A DNA stretch of 47,719 bases from a virus (Duplodnaviria; Caudoviricetes), in the IMG/VR virus record IMGVR_UViG_3300031454_000010, positions 1-47,719 of that record; one strand, written 5' to 3'. Each line of letters begins with the position of its first letter. Position 1 is the stretch's first letter. Shown here piece after piece: positions 37,940-47,101 of this stretch. Under the pieces are notes generated by a model that did no database searches, was not told the DNA's origin, and saw nothing but the letters and a program-made list of their open reading frames with translations. A program made the translations under genes and the position numbers.

Positions 37940-38189
37940 CGCTCAACCGCCTCATGCCGCGTTGCAGGGGCGACCGATGCGCCACCGCCAGCACCACCGC
38001 GACTTCCTGCGTGGTCGGCTCGCGCCCCAGAAGCGCCGCCATCCTGCCGCGAATCGGCGCGTCGTGCGGGATCGTCCGCTCTTCCAGGAGCGCCCGCGTT
38101 GCCTCGCGCGAGGTCCACCGCGGATCGGGGAAACGCGGCGTCTCGTCCGGCGCGTCCCCCGGCGGCGTGGTGGCGGGGTCATTTGGCAT
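37929..38189 (-). CDS. Hypothetical protein
   Basis: GGAGG RBS before MPNDP. Confidence 0.55.
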   Translation of the reverse strand: MPNDPATTPPGDAPDETPRFPDPRWTSREATRALLEERTIPHDAPIRGRMAALLGREPTTQEVAVVLAVAHRSPLQRGMRRLSDGQ

Positions 38190-38391
38190 CGGTCGCCTCC
38201 TGCGCTCGTGTGAGCGCCCTTCGCGCCCCCGGACAGACCCCCCGGCCACAGTCCCGCCAAGTGCCCGCCTCGTCGCCGTGATACGCCTGATGGAGTATTT
38301 GGGCGAAATACGCCAGGTCCGCGATCAGCGCGTCGAGGGCCTCGCGCAGCCGCGCGATCTCCCCTGATTCGTCTGTCGCTCTCGCCATCAT
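38179..38391 (-). CDS. Hypothetical protein
   Basis: GGAGGGG RBS, coupling. Confidence 0.55.
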   Translation of the reverse strand: MMARATDESGEIARLREALDALIADLAYFAQILHQAYHGDEAGTWRDCGRGVCPGARRALTRAQEATDAK

Positions 38392-38663
38392 GCCCCCTCC
38401 GCTCCCGGCAGCGGATCGTCGTTGTCGTCGCCCCAGGTGAATAGCGCCGCGACGAACTCGATATGTGCGTCATCGAGGTTCAACCGAGCGCTGCCGCGAT
38501 CGGTCGCCAACCGCCGCGTGCGCTCTACGTCATAGTTGGTCGGATCGACCTCATACGCATACGCCGCCACCGCCCAACGGATGAACGCGCGCTTGTACTC
38601 GTCCATTGCCTGCGTCAGTTCTGGCCGTATCTCGCCCATCGGTACCGCAGCCATGGCCCGCAC
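38388..38663 (-). CDS. Hypothetical protein
   Basis: GAGAGGGG RBS, coupling. Confidence 0.55.
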   Translation of the reverse strand: MRAMAAVPMGEIRPELTQAMDEYKRAFIRWAVAAYAYEVDPTNYDVERTRRLATDRGSARLNLDDAHIEFVAALFTWGDDNDDPLPGAEGA

Positions 38664-38671
38664 CCCTCTCG

Positions 38672-39109
38672 CTACGCCGCCTCAACGCTTTCGAAAGTCA
38701 ACCGCACCATACCGGCGCGTAGCTGCGGATTCCTGCTCCAGCGGATCTCGCCCCACACGATCTGGCGATCATTTGAAATCACGATGCCCTGGACGCCATC
38801 GCAACTCGATTTGAGCAGCGCGATGGCCCCGTCATCGTCGAGTCGCCGCGCCCCTTTCGGCAGGATGAACTCGACCGAGAGGCGCACCGGGCCGGTCGGC
38901 CAGCGCGGGCCGTCGCGGCTAGCGCACCGCGCGGCGAGCGCGGCTTCGTAGCGCGCGGCCATCGCGAGTTTTGCCCGCTCGTAGCGGTTGCGAGAGCCAT
39001 TGGGGCTGAGGCGGTAACTCGGGGTACTCACCACGATCGTCAGTGCGCCCTGCGCCTCGCCAGCGCCCCCGTGCTGGCCGGTAGGCATTGCGGTGGTGTC
39101 ACCGGCCAT
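38672..39109 (-). CDS. RusA-like Holliday junction resolvase
   Basis: LSPN...RRLDDDG...K...DG.....ND.QI acidic motif. Confidence 0.7.
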   Translation of the reverse strand: MAGDTTAMPTGQHGGAGEAQGALTIVVSTPSYRLSPNGSRNRYERAKLAMAARYEAALAARCASRDGPRWPTGPVRLSVEFILPKGARRLDDDGAIALLKSSCDGVQGIVISNDRQIVWGEIRWSRNPQLRAGMVRLTFESVEAA

Positions 39110-39620
39110 CGTCGCCCCCCTCCGCGATCAGCGCCCGCACGTACCACTCCTTGCCTCGCACGAACGGGTGCCGCTGGGCGTGGCATGTTGTGCAAAGCCA
39201 AACGACATCAAGCGGGCGCGAATAATCCTCGTGGTGCGCCTGGATGCCGCGCTCCGAACCGCCGCACCCGGAACACGCATCGGGCTTGGCAACATCCCCC
39301 GCCCTCACCGCCGCGTGCAGCCGCCGACGCGCCAGGACATGGCGCACGCGATCCGCTTCTGTGCGGGTACGATCGAAGAAGTGGCTCCTCGCCCCCGAAA
39401 TCCTGGGTGCGCCCTTTTTCCCGTTCGCGGCGGCGTTTTCTTTTTTCAGACACCCGCAAGAACGAGTGCGTCCTTGGATTAAGTGCCGCGAGGGGACACG
39501 CTTGCGGGTGCCGCAAGCACACACGCACAGCCACATCAGACGGCCCTGTTTGTCCTGGCCGTGGGGTTCTCGTGCTTTCAGGCGACCGAACGTTTCACCC
39601 GCCAGTTGACGTCGTCTCAT
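39099..39620 (-). CDS. HNH-type endonuclease with N-terminal zinc-binding domain
   Basis: L.G..FGRL...WLC.C.CG...L..G.TRSCGC and C..CG....AHHEDY..PL.V.WLC..CH. Confidence 0.85.
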   Translation of the reverse strand: MRRRQLAGETFGRLKAREPHGQDKQGRLMWLCVCACGTRKRVPSRHLIQGRTRSCGCLKKENAAANGKKGAPRISGARSHFFDRTRTEADRVRHVLARRRLHAAVRAGDVAKPDACSGCGGSERGIQAHHEDYSRPLDVVWLCTTCHAQRHPFVRGKEWYVRALIAEGGDDGR

Positions 39621-40005
39621 CGCGGTCCTCCCCCATCGTGATCAACTTTTCGACGTAATAGCGGGCCTTGCGATAGTCGATCAGCGCAGCGCCCTTGCGC
39701 CCGGCGCGCGAGAGATACTTCAGCGCGTTGCCGAGCAGGAAACCGCGCAACTCGTCGGGCGTCAGCTTCGCCCGCAGGTAATCGATCGTCTCGATCCCGC
39801 CCGCCGTGTAGTGATCCGGGCGGTCGATCTGCGCCGCCACCACCTCGGCTTGCGCCGGTGGTGCCCCGTCACGCGCGTTTGCGGTCGCGGTGTCTCGGCG
39901 TGCATCGTGGCCCTCCTCGCGCGTTAGGGGACCGCTGGCGGCGCAGGCGGTCGCCAGGGCGGCACCGAGGCGGGCGGCGGCCTCGGCGCGGGCCAGGGGG
40001 GTCAC
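39595..40005 (-). CDS. DUF3310 (T7 gp1.7 nucleotide-kinase-like) protein
   Basis: P.HYT.GGIETID...GF..GNALKY..RAG.KG...D..KA.YY. Confidence 0.85.
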   Translation of the reverse strand: MTPLARAEAAARLGAALATACAASGPLTREEGHDARRDTATANARDGAPPAQAEVVAAQIDRPDHYTAGGIETIDYLRAKLTPDELRGFLLGNALKYLSRAGRKGAALIDYRKARYYVEKLITMGEDRDETTSTGG

Positions 40006-40250
40006 GAGGCACCCCACAATCGCTGTGCCCGCAACCACTGTTCCCGGCCTTCGGGCACCCACACGACATCGACGGCATCGGCCTCTTCGTCCAACACCAC
40101 CCGGGCATACCCGGCGCAATACATCCGCAGCATCGTCTCGGTATCATGGCCGCGCTGCACTCCGGCACCGATCAAGACCGCCAATAACGTTCGCAGGATA
40201 GCGCTAATCTGATCGAAGTCTCGCGGCAGCGTCGCGTCCGCCTCACCCAT
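40002..40250 (-). CDS. Hypothetical protein
   Basis: Overlapping operon arrangement. Confidence 0.55.
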   Translation of the reverse strand: MGEADATLPRDFDQISAILRTLLAVLIGAGVQRGHDTETMLRMYCAGYARVVLDEEADAVDVVWVPEGREQWLRAQRLWGAS

Positions 40251-40773
40251 CGCCCTGGCCCTCCCCCGCGTCGTCGCCCCACAGGCCCGGTCGCCCTGCC
40301 TCGGCTTGCCGCAACCCGGCAAGCACCCCTGGTGGCGCATCCCACGACCACAACCCGAGCGACCCGCGCGCGGGGATCGGCTCCGGCAGGGCCACGATGT
40401 CCCCGAGGAACCAGGCGTAGCGGCCCGGCGAGTAGTCGCCGAATGCCAGTTCGTTGCGACTCGGCGAGTAGCTATTGTCCACCTCCTCGACGGGTACGCA
40501 GTAGGCGAGGCGACACACGGCGATGACCGCCCCCAGCGGCAGGCCATCGTCCGGCGCGTGCAGGCCCAGCCCGGCCAGACGGAGTGCGCTGTGGCATGGT
40601 TCTTCCAAGCACAGGGCTTGCAAGCCGGGCGGGCCACCGACCGCACGCAGGCCCTTCGCCGCGTGGATCGCCAGCGGCCCGTGATAGGGCGTCCCCCAGG
40701 AGCGCGTCTCGATAGCTTTGGCCTTGATCGCCACCAGCGTGGCAAACGGTTGGGTCAAACTTAATGCCCGCAT
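40243..40773 (-). CDS. ASCH domain protein
   Basis: ALSLTQPFA.L.....K.IETRSW...G.LAIHA...RG.LGLW. Confidence 0.9.
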   Translation of the reverse strand: MRALSLTQPFATLVAIKAKAIETRSWGTPYHGPLAIHAAKGLRAVGGPPGLQALCLEEPCHSALRLAGLGLHAPDDGLPLGAVIAVCRLAYCVPVEEVDNSYSPSRNELAFGDYSPGRYAWFLGDIVALPEPIPARGSLGLWSWDAPPGVLAGLRQAEAGRPGLWGDDAGEGQGDG

Positions 40774-40867
40774 GGTCGCTCCTCCTCTAGCCCTCGCGCG
40801 TCAGCCGGTGTCGCCGCGCGGTCGCCGTCATCGCGCGCCTCCTCCTTGCTGTTTGCCGCTGCCGCCC

Positions 40868-41062
40868 CTAGCGGATCGTCGGCAGCCGTGTCGCCGTCGC
40901 CGGTCGTCGCCGCAGCTCATCCACGACACCCTCGTATTCGCCGAGCAGGCCGATGAACAGATCGTCGTGCGCCGGATCCTGTCGCCGCATGTCCAGCCCG
41001 TTCCAGAGGCGCGCGTAGAGCCGATCGCGGCGCGCGGCGAGGTCGGCGGTCGTCTCAGGCAT
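40868..41062 (-). CDS. Hypothetical protein
   Basis: GGAGG RBS; coupled to the helicase. Confidence 0.55.
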   Translation of the reverse strand: MPETTADLAARRDRLYARLWNGLDMRRQDPAHDDLFIGLLGEYEGVVDELRRRPATATRLPTIR

Positions 41063-42845
41063 CGTCCACCTCCGCTATCTCGGCGTCCCAGGGGTCGGTC
41101 GGCTCGCGGCGATACGCGACCGGCCCGCTCGCGTTGTACCGCCCGGTCAGCGGGTCGTAGAACAACTCGACCATGCCCGGCATACCCGACTCGGGCTGGA
41201 AGCGCACCTTCTGGACGTAGACCTGGGTGGGTCGCCGGTCGTCGGACGATTCCCGGTGGACCACGATCCCCACGTCCGCCTTGTTGCGCCACATCGAGCC
41301 GCCGGAGATGTCGTAGAGGGTCGGCACGGGGTAGGCCCCCTCCACCTTCGCCAGGGTCCGGGGATGCGCCACGAGCCAGACATGCACCTTGTGCGCGCGG
41401 GCGAAGCGCTTGATGGCGATCAGGCTCTGCCCCAGGTACTCGTCCTCGCGCAGCCCTGGGGGGCGGCTGTGCTCCAATTCGTTCCAGGGATCGATCACCA
41501 CGCCGGTCACGCCACGCCGACGGATCGCCACGCGCGCCAGTTCGAGGATGCGATCCAGCGCGTAGCCCCGCTCATCCTCGTCGGGCGGCAGGACGAAGGT
41601 CACGTACTCGTCGATCCACGCCCGCGCCTCGTCGCGTTCCGTGGCCGTCATCCGGGGGTGGGGGCCGCGCCGAAAGGGCTTACCGGTCGCGATCTGGAGG
41701 AGTTGCCCCAGGTGGCGCTCCAATGGCTGGTTCTCGGGCGAGCAGATCGCGAAGCGCCACCCGTGCGCCACGATCAGGTCGACCAGCAGCCAGTCCAGCC
41801 AGGCCGTCTTGCCCATGCCGGGGATCCCGGTCAGCACCGTCAGCGCCCCCGGCTTGACTTTGTAGAGCGCGGCCAGCGGCGCGCAGGTCGGCTCGACCCC
41901 CCCGGCCATGCCGTGGTCGTACAGGTCGGAGAGCCGGTCGGCCAGATCGTTGGGGGTGAAGAGTCCGGCCACCGGGACCGGGCGCGCCGCGTCGAGGCAG
42001 GCCGCGAGGGCCGGTGCGCCGTGCCTGACCAGGACCTCGTTGGCGTCCTTGCACCCCTCCGGCCAGGCGACGACGCGGCAGCGCGCCACCCCGATGCGGC
42101 GGATCAGCTCGTCTTGCAGGCCCCGGCCCGGCGCGTCGTTGTCCACCGCGATGATGTGATCGGCGATCCCCTCCAGGGTCGCGGCGGCGCTGTCGAGCGG
42201 GGCGAAATGGCCGGTCGGGTTGCGGGACTCGGGCGGCGGCGCGCCGTTCGGCATCGAGACGCAGGAGGTGAAGCCGACCACCGCGCAGGAGAGCTTGTCG
42301 ATCTCCCCCTCGACCCAGACCAGCGGGCGGGCGGGATCGATATCGTCGAGGCCGTAGAGCAGCAATTCGGCGTCCTTCTCCATGCGGAAGTGCTTGGCCC
42401 CGTCCCGGTATTTCACGTTGATCACCGCGCCATCCCGGAAATACGGGAAGGCGATCGTCGCCACCTCGCGCCCTGCCTGCGGCATCCAGATCTGGCGCGA
42501 TTCCAGGCGGTGCGCGTCGATCACCGCCGCCGTGAGGTGCCGATCGCCGGTCAGCCAGGCCCGCGCCCTGGCGTCGAGCGCGTCGGGATGCGACGGCGCG
42601 TAGGCGGGCCGGGCGAAGCGCCGGGGCTGCCGCACGCCGGGGATCGTGCCGTAGTCGTCCGCGCCCGTCTTCACGCCGCCACTCCAGCCGCAGTGCTTGC
42701 AATCCCAGGTCCCCTTGTCCGCGTTGACCGCCAGGCAGCGCTCGTGCGCCTTGCGCCGCGCGGCGCTGCACCGGGGGCAGGTGGTGCGGACCTCCCCCGT
42801 GGCACCGGGGGGCACGTCGATCCCGTGGTCCTCCAGCGTCGCCAT
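41055..42845 (-). CDS. Primase-helicase (T7 gp4/Twinkle-like)
   Basis: Zinc finger CPRC..CKHC; TOPRIM VEGEID, DND, KDANE; SF4 helicase GIPGMGKT, IDPW, VAHP, GG...NKAD. Confidence 0.92.
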   Translation of the reverse strand: MATLEDHGIDVPPGATGEVRTTCPRCSAARRKAHERCLAVNADKGTWDCKHCGWSGGVKTGADDYGTIPGVRQPRRFARPAYAPSHPDALDARARAWLTGDRHLTAAVIDAHRLESRQIWMPQAGREVATIAFPYFRDGAVINVKYRDGAKHFRMEKDAELLLYGLDDIDPARPLVWVEGEIDKLSCAVVGFTSCVSMPNGAPPPESRNPTGHFAPLDSAAATLEGIADHIIAVDNDAPGRGLQDELIRRIGVARCRVVAWPEGCKDANEVLVRHGAPALAACLDAARPVPVAGLFTPNDLADRLSDLYDHGMAGGVEPTCAPLAALYKVKPGALTVLTGIPGMGKTAWLDWLLVDLIVAHGWRFAICSPENQPLERHLGQLLQIATGKPFRRGPHPRMTATERDEARAWIDEYVTFVLPPDEDERGYALDRILELARVAIRRRGVTGVVIDPWNELEHSRPPGLREDEYLGQSLIAIKRFARAHKVHVWLVAHPRTLAKVEGAYPVPTLYDISGGSMWRNKADVGIVVHRESSDDRRPTQVYVQKVRFQPESGMPGMVELFYDPLTGRYNASGPVAYRREPTDPWDAEIAEVDDA

Positions 42846-43672
42846 CAGTCGTAGACCTGCCGCGCCCTGGCGACCTGGGGGTGGTTGTGGGGCAGGGCGC
42901 GCAGCGGGCTGGCCGGTTCGTCCTCCCAGCGGCGCTGGTTGAGCCAGGTCGAGGGCAGATTGATGTAGCGGCCCCCCTCCTGCTGCCACTCCGCCGCCTG
43001 CATCTTGCGGGCGATGGCGTCGAGCATCAGCGCCACGGTCGCCTCATCCGGCCTGTGCCGCTGCCACCACTTGACGGCCTCGGCTTTCGACTCGCGCCGG
43101 GGGTAGGCCCGCCAGAAGCGATCGAAGCGCCCCTGGTCCGCACGGGGCAGCGCGCCGCCAGCCAGCAGCCGGGGCGACGACATCGCCCCCTGGGGGGTAG
43201 GGGGGGACTCTTCCTCTTCTCTTCTCTTCTCTTCTCTTCTCTTCTCTTCTCTTCTACTAGGCGGTACCCCTCCCGTATCGCTCGATGGTGTATCGGCTAA
43301 CGATACGGGAGGGGTAGGCGAATCCCCGTCGCTTTCCGGCGGTGCGGGCAGATTGCTCGGGGAGGGTTTGTCGATCCTTTGCCACTGGCGGAAGTTGGTG
43401 AAGACGAGATAGATCCGCCCGTCGGCCTCGTACCGCCGCACTTGGCGCATGGCCTGAAGGATCGCGGCCAGGTCGTCCTCCGTGTCGGCGATCGTCGTGT
43501 CGGCGTAGACGGTCGGCACGACCAGCCGCACCGCCGCCGCCGAGCCTTTGAGCCGCCCGTCGTCGTCGGCATTGGAGAACAGGCCGATGTAGAGGAGCTG
43601 CTGGCGGGGGGTCAACTCGGCCATCCCCTCGTCCTGCCAGATCGACGGATCGATCATGCGCTTGCGTGGCAT
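42845..43672 (-). CDS. Replication initiator/replisome organiser
   Basis: R.IDPSIW...LLYIGL..NADDDGR...F..WQ.I; C-terminal FDRFW.AYPR..K...TWLNQ.RWED. Confidence 0.85.
   Translation of the reverse strand: MPRKRMIDPSIWQDEGMAELTPRQQLLYIGLFSNADDDGRLKGSAAAVRLVVPTVYADTTIADTEDDLAAILQAMRQVRRYEADGRIYLVFTNFRQWQRIDKPSPSNLPAPPESDGDSPTPPVSLADTPSSDTGGVPPSRREEKRREEKRREEEESPPTPQGAMSSPRLLAGGALPRADQGRFDRFWRAYPRRESKAEAVKWWQRHRPDEATVALMLDAIARKMQAAEWQQEGGRYINLPSTWLNQRRWEDEPASPLRALPHNHPQVARARQVYD
43214..43255. repeat. (AGAAG)n pentamer tract in the initiator linker
   Basis: About 8 perfect units encoding RREEKRREEK. Confidence 0.85.
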
Positions 43673-43926
43673 CAGCGTCCCTCCTTGAGCATGGTCACGG
43701 TGGCGAGCGTCTGCCGCAGCGCCCGCAGGTAGGCCCCCCGGCGCTGCTGTCGGGCGCTGGCCCGGTCGGCGCGCGGCAGTTCGGCGGTGGCGTCGAGGGT
43801 GGCCGCGTAGTCCGCGCCGAGGGGCGCGAGGGCGTCCGCGATCTCCGCGTGGGTGCGGAGCCGGTCCAGGGCGGCGGCGGTGTCCCCAGTGGTGCGCCAG
43901 GAGCGGTCGCGGGTCGGGTCGGGCAT
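43672..43926 (-). CDS. Hypothetical protein
   Basis: TGATG coupling on both sides. Confidence 0.6.
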   Translation of the reverse strand: MPDPTRDRSWRTTGDTAAALDRLRTHAEIADALAPLGADYAATLDATAELPRADRASARQQRRGAYLRALRQTLATVTMLKEGR

Positions 43927-44702
43927 CAGGACACCCCCAGGGGCAGGACGGCCTGCTGTAAGCGGCGCGCGGCGAGTTCACAAAACCGCTCCTCGACATC
44001 CACCCCGATGGCGCGAATCCCGGCGTCTTTGGCCGCGCGTAGCGTGGTTCCGCTGCCGCAAAAAGGATCGAGCACGGACATTGCGCCGCTGTCCCGTATA
44101 GCGCGGGCGGGCAGGCCGAGCGGGAACGGCGCGGGGTGTCCCGTCTCGTCATGCTCCATGCCCAGCCGCCACATGTCGCTGCGACCGGACGCCGCGTGGT
44201 CCCGCAATCGGAAGCCGGGCTTGGCGAACAGCAAGAGCCATTCGTATGCCGATGCGTAGCGGCGCAAGTTCACCCCGATCCCGGTGCCGCGATCCCAGGT
44301 GATGATCTGGCCCAATGTCAGCCCGCCGAAGTCGAGGCCGAGCGGCAGGCGCACCTTGCCGTGTTCCACGCGCGGACGGTGGTTGTAGTAGATCGCGCCG
44401 TCGTCGCCGACGACACGCCACAGGGCGGCGAGGACCGCGCGCTGCCACTCGTCGTACCGCTCCTGGGGCATGGCATCGTCGTGCGCGCCGTAACCGTCAC
44501 GGAATCGCCCCGCCCGGCTATTCGCGCCCGGACGGTACATGCCGCGCCCGTTGCCGCCCGGCACGAGGCCCATGTTGTAAGGCGGGCTGGTCACAACCAG
44601 ATCGACCGCCCCGACGGGCAGGAAAGGCAGCACGTCCTCGCACCTGCCGTGATAGATCGTGATCCGGCTATTCGTGTCCTGGTAATACGGGTTTATCGGC
44701 AC
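43926..44702 (-). CDS. Beta-class amino (N4C/N6A) DNA methyltransferase
   Basis: VTSPPY, HPAPFP and VLDPFCGSGTT motifs. Confidence 0.92.
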   Translation of the reverse strand: MPINPYYQDTNSRITIYHGRCEDVLPFLPVGAVDLVVTSPPYNMGLVPGGNGRGMYRPGANSRAGRFRDGYGAHDDAMPQERYDEWQRAVLAALWRVVGDDGAIYYNHRPRVEHGKVRLPLGLDFGGLTLGQIITWDRGTGIGVNLRRYASAYEWLLLFAKPGFRLRDHAASGRSDMWRLGMEHDETGHPAPFPLGLPARAIRDSGAMSVLDPFCGSGTTLRAAKDAGIRAIGVDVEERFCELAARRLQQAVLPLGVS

Positions 44703-45165
44703 GTTCGTACCTCCCCGTTTCGCGGTTGAAGCGAACGATGCCGTCGTTCAGCAACCCGACGAGCAAGGCGTCGTAGGAATTGTGAACATCGTTGTGGTGT
44801 GACTTGTCTCGGCATACATAGAGATTTTCTCGCGCATTGTCCGCTCGTATAGCGTTGACGTGATGCACGATTTCTTCGGGCGTTAGCGGACGGCCCAACG
44901 ATGCCTCCATCGCAAGGAGATGTTCTGCTCGCCAACGCCCTTTGCCCACGACCACCTTGACGAGAACGTAGCCATCGTGACCGAGGCGCGTCTCGCCGAG
45001 CGGCATACGTTGACGTTTCGTGTTCCAGGCCCGCCGTTGAGCGTCGCCAATCTTGCGACGATACTCCGTCGTCCGGGGAAGTCCTCGCAAGTTGTGACCA
45101 CTCACAAACTTGCGCCCCTCTGCCACTGCTTGTCCGCAACCGCACGCACACAACACCATGCCCAT
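44668..45165 (-). CDS. HNH endonuclease with CxCGC and NUMOD3-like N-terminus
   Basis: CACGCG...GHN; EH...ME..LGRPL...E.VHH.N....DN..ENL. Own TGTTATACT -10 (45193-45185) and AAGGAG RBS. Confidence 0.9.
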   Translation of the reverse strand: MGMVLCACGCGQAVAEGRKFVSGHNLRGLPRTTEYRRKIGDAQRRAWNTKRQRMPLGETRLGHDGYVLVKVVVGKGRWRAEHLLAMEASLGRPLTPEEIVHHVNAIRADNARENLYVCRDKSHHNDVHNSYDALLVGLLNDGIVRFNRETGRYERADKPVLPGHE

Positions 45166-45208
45166 TCTCCTTACTATGGGACATAGTATAACATTTTCTA
45201 GTACGGTA

Positions 45209-45232
45209 ATCCTGATCGTAGTAGGGGATCAT
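45209..45232 (-). pseudogene. Relic 5' end of the methyltransferase
   Basis: MIPYYDQD, ATGA-coupled to the upstream gene; compare MTase start MPINPYYQD. Confidence 0.7.
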
Positions 45233-45432
45233 GCGGCCCGCGCTTCCCGCGCCGCCGCGCAGCCCGCTCGCGCCCGCTCGTACAGGGGCTCGTCGTCCCA
45301 AGAGCTAGCGGTGTGACGTTTTCGTAGCCAACCATCGCCGTCGTAGTACAGCCCACGTGGCCACACGAAGGCGATCTCGTCCAACAACAACACAGGCAGG
45401 CGCGGCTGTAGTGCGGGGTCTGTGGTTGTCAT
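45229..45432 (-). CDS. Hypothetical protein
   Basis: ATGA coupling. Confidence 0.55.
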   Translation of the reverse strand: MTTTDPALQPRLPVLLLDEIAFVWPRGLYYDGDGWLRKRHTASSWDDEPLYERARAGCAAAREARAA

Positions 45433-45761
45433 GCCGCCCGCCCTTCCCGCCCCGCCGCGCAGCCCGCCGCGTCGGCGCAGCGCCAGCCGAACAGCCCGCG
45501 CACCAGCGCCTCGGCCAGCATGAGCCGGTCACACGCGCCGCAGGTCGCCCAGATCGGGCGCAGTCCCGTCGCGCGCACCAGCCTCGCGCCCCGCGCGGTC
45601 GCCACCACCGTCGGCGGCGGTGCGGGTTCCCGCTCCTCCGTCGCCGCCCCGGTCGTTGGATACCCGGCGGCGTCCTCCGCCCGCTGTCGCGCCCGGTACG
45701 CGCGCACCCGCTCCGCCATCGCCGCCCGCCGCTCCTGCTCGATCGCCATCGCTGTCATCAT
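45429..45761 (-). CDS. Hypothetical protein with CxxC
   Basis: Operon arrangement. Confidence 0.55.
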   Translation of the reverse strand: MMTAMAIEQERRAAMAERVRAYRARQRAEDAAGYPTTGAATEEREPAPPPTVVATARGARLVRATGLRPIWATCGACDRLMLAEALVRGLFGWRCADAAGCAAGREGRAA

Positions 45762-45767
45762 CCCCCC

Positions 45768-46928
45768 CTAGCCCGCATATCCAGCGGGCTTGCCCGCCAG
45801 CACGTCGCCCGGCGCGTCGGCCAGCGCCTCGCTGATGTCGGCTTCGTCGCCAGGGTGCGGTCGGTTGTGCCACGCCGCCTCGATCAGGTCGGTCGTGACC
45901 AGCATCGGCACCCGCGCCTTCCAGTCGCCCAGCGTGGACAGTCCGCCGTCGAGCGCGAAGAGCCGGTCGAGCGCCTGGCGTTGCTGCGCCTCCGGGTGCC
46001 GCTCGTTGAGGTAGGCCAGCAGCTGCTCGGCGCGCTCGGCCACGCTCGCGACGGGCGGCGTCGGCGCGTCGTCGGCGGCGGTGTCGTTCACCGCGCGTCG
46101 CACCTCCGGTGAGCGCATCAGGGCGGTGAGATCGGCAGCCTCGACGGGCGCGGCCTCCACCACCGCCGCCTCGATCGGGGCGACGCTGGCCTGTCGCGCG
46201 GCCTTGATCCGCGCCCAGTGTTCCATCGCGATCCCGCGCTGCGTCGCGGTCATGGCCGGGCGCGCGGCCTTGAGCCGGTGGGCGAGCGTCTGCCCCGCGA
46301 GGCCATCGGCGGCGTCGCGATCGAGGTCGCCGATGAACGCCACGAACGCCCGGTGCGGCATGCCCTCCGGCGGGGCGAGTTGCGCGGGCGGCACCTCCAC
46401 CACCGTGACGGTGCCGCGTTGCTGGTCGCCATCCTGTGCCCAGTTGATCTCTTCGTGGACCGGCAGCGACACGTCGAAGGCGCGGCGGAGCGCCATGCAT
46501 TCCGCGCGCACCAGGGCCATTTCCGGGCCGTATTGCTTGTTGCGCCCGGACTTCGCGTAGCGCCCCCAGAACGTGAAGGGGAGCCGCATATCCTTCCGCC
46601 AGATCGCCACCTTGGCGAGGTGGTGGGTCTCGTTCTCCTCTTGCGCCAGCACCTCGATCCCGTCGAGCATCCCCGAGCGGTGGGCCAAATTCCACAGCCC
46701 CTTGTGCGTGACGTACGGCTTCCCGTCCACGGGGATGAGATGCCCCAAGACCGGGTTGAAGCCGCTGGACTGCGCGACCATCATGATGGCGTCGATCTCC
46801 GCCTCCCCGACATTGCGCGCCACCATGCCGCGCAGCACGCGCCGCACCTCCAGCCAGTCCGTCTCGGTCTGCGCTGTCGCCAGCGTCTGCGGGCCGACCG
46901 TGGTCAGCGCCCGCTCCTGGCTCGTCAT
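45768..46928 (-). CDS. RecT/Red-beta-like single-strand annealing protein
   Basis: GFNP....YVT..G...LAHRSG.LDG...P.M..RAE..ALRRAF; GGGAGG RBS. Confidence 0.8.
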   Translation of the reverse strand: MTSQERALTTVGPQTLATAQTETDWLEVRRVLRGMVARNVGEAEIDAIMMVAQSSGFNPVLGHLIPVDGKPYVTHKGLWNLAHRSGMLDGIEVLAQEENETHHLAKVAIWRKDMRLPFTFWGRYAKSGRNKQYGPEMALVRAECMALRRAFDVSLPVHEEINWAQDGDQQRGTVTVVEVPPAQLAPPEGMPHRAFVAFIGDLDRDAADGLAGQTLAHRLKAARPAMTATQRGIAMEHWARIKAARQASVAPIEAAVVEAAPVEAADLTALMRSPEVRRAVNDTAADDAPTPPVASVAERAEQLLAYLNERHPEAQQRQALDRLFALDGGLSTLGDWKARVPMLVTTDLIEAAWHNRPHPGDEADISEALADAPGDVLAGKPAGYAG

Positions 46929-47101
46929 CGTTGGCCTCCCCGCGACTTCGCCGCTTTGTAGTAGCCTCCGGCGGCGTTGTAGGGCCTCCCGCGCGCCACC
47001 CAGGCCCGATAGTCCGCTTCGCGCAACGGTCGATACTGGCGGGGGGCGCTGCGTCCGGGGATGAGGTGCCACCGACCACGGAGCCAGTACATCCCTAGCA
47101 T
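46925..47101 (-). CDS. 58-aa hypothetical protein
   Basis: MLGMYWLRGRWHLIPG...GGQR*; ATGA-coupled to the recombinase; below the ORF-track cutoff. Confidence 0.55.
   Translation of the reverse strand: MLGMYWLRGRWHLIPGRSAPRQYRPLREADYRAWVARGRPYNAAGGYYKAAKSRGGQR

Noticed and set aside
43214-43255. (AGAAG)n tract as a phase-variation switch
   Set aside because: Such purine-rich linkers are common in phage initiator genes and the frame is intact.
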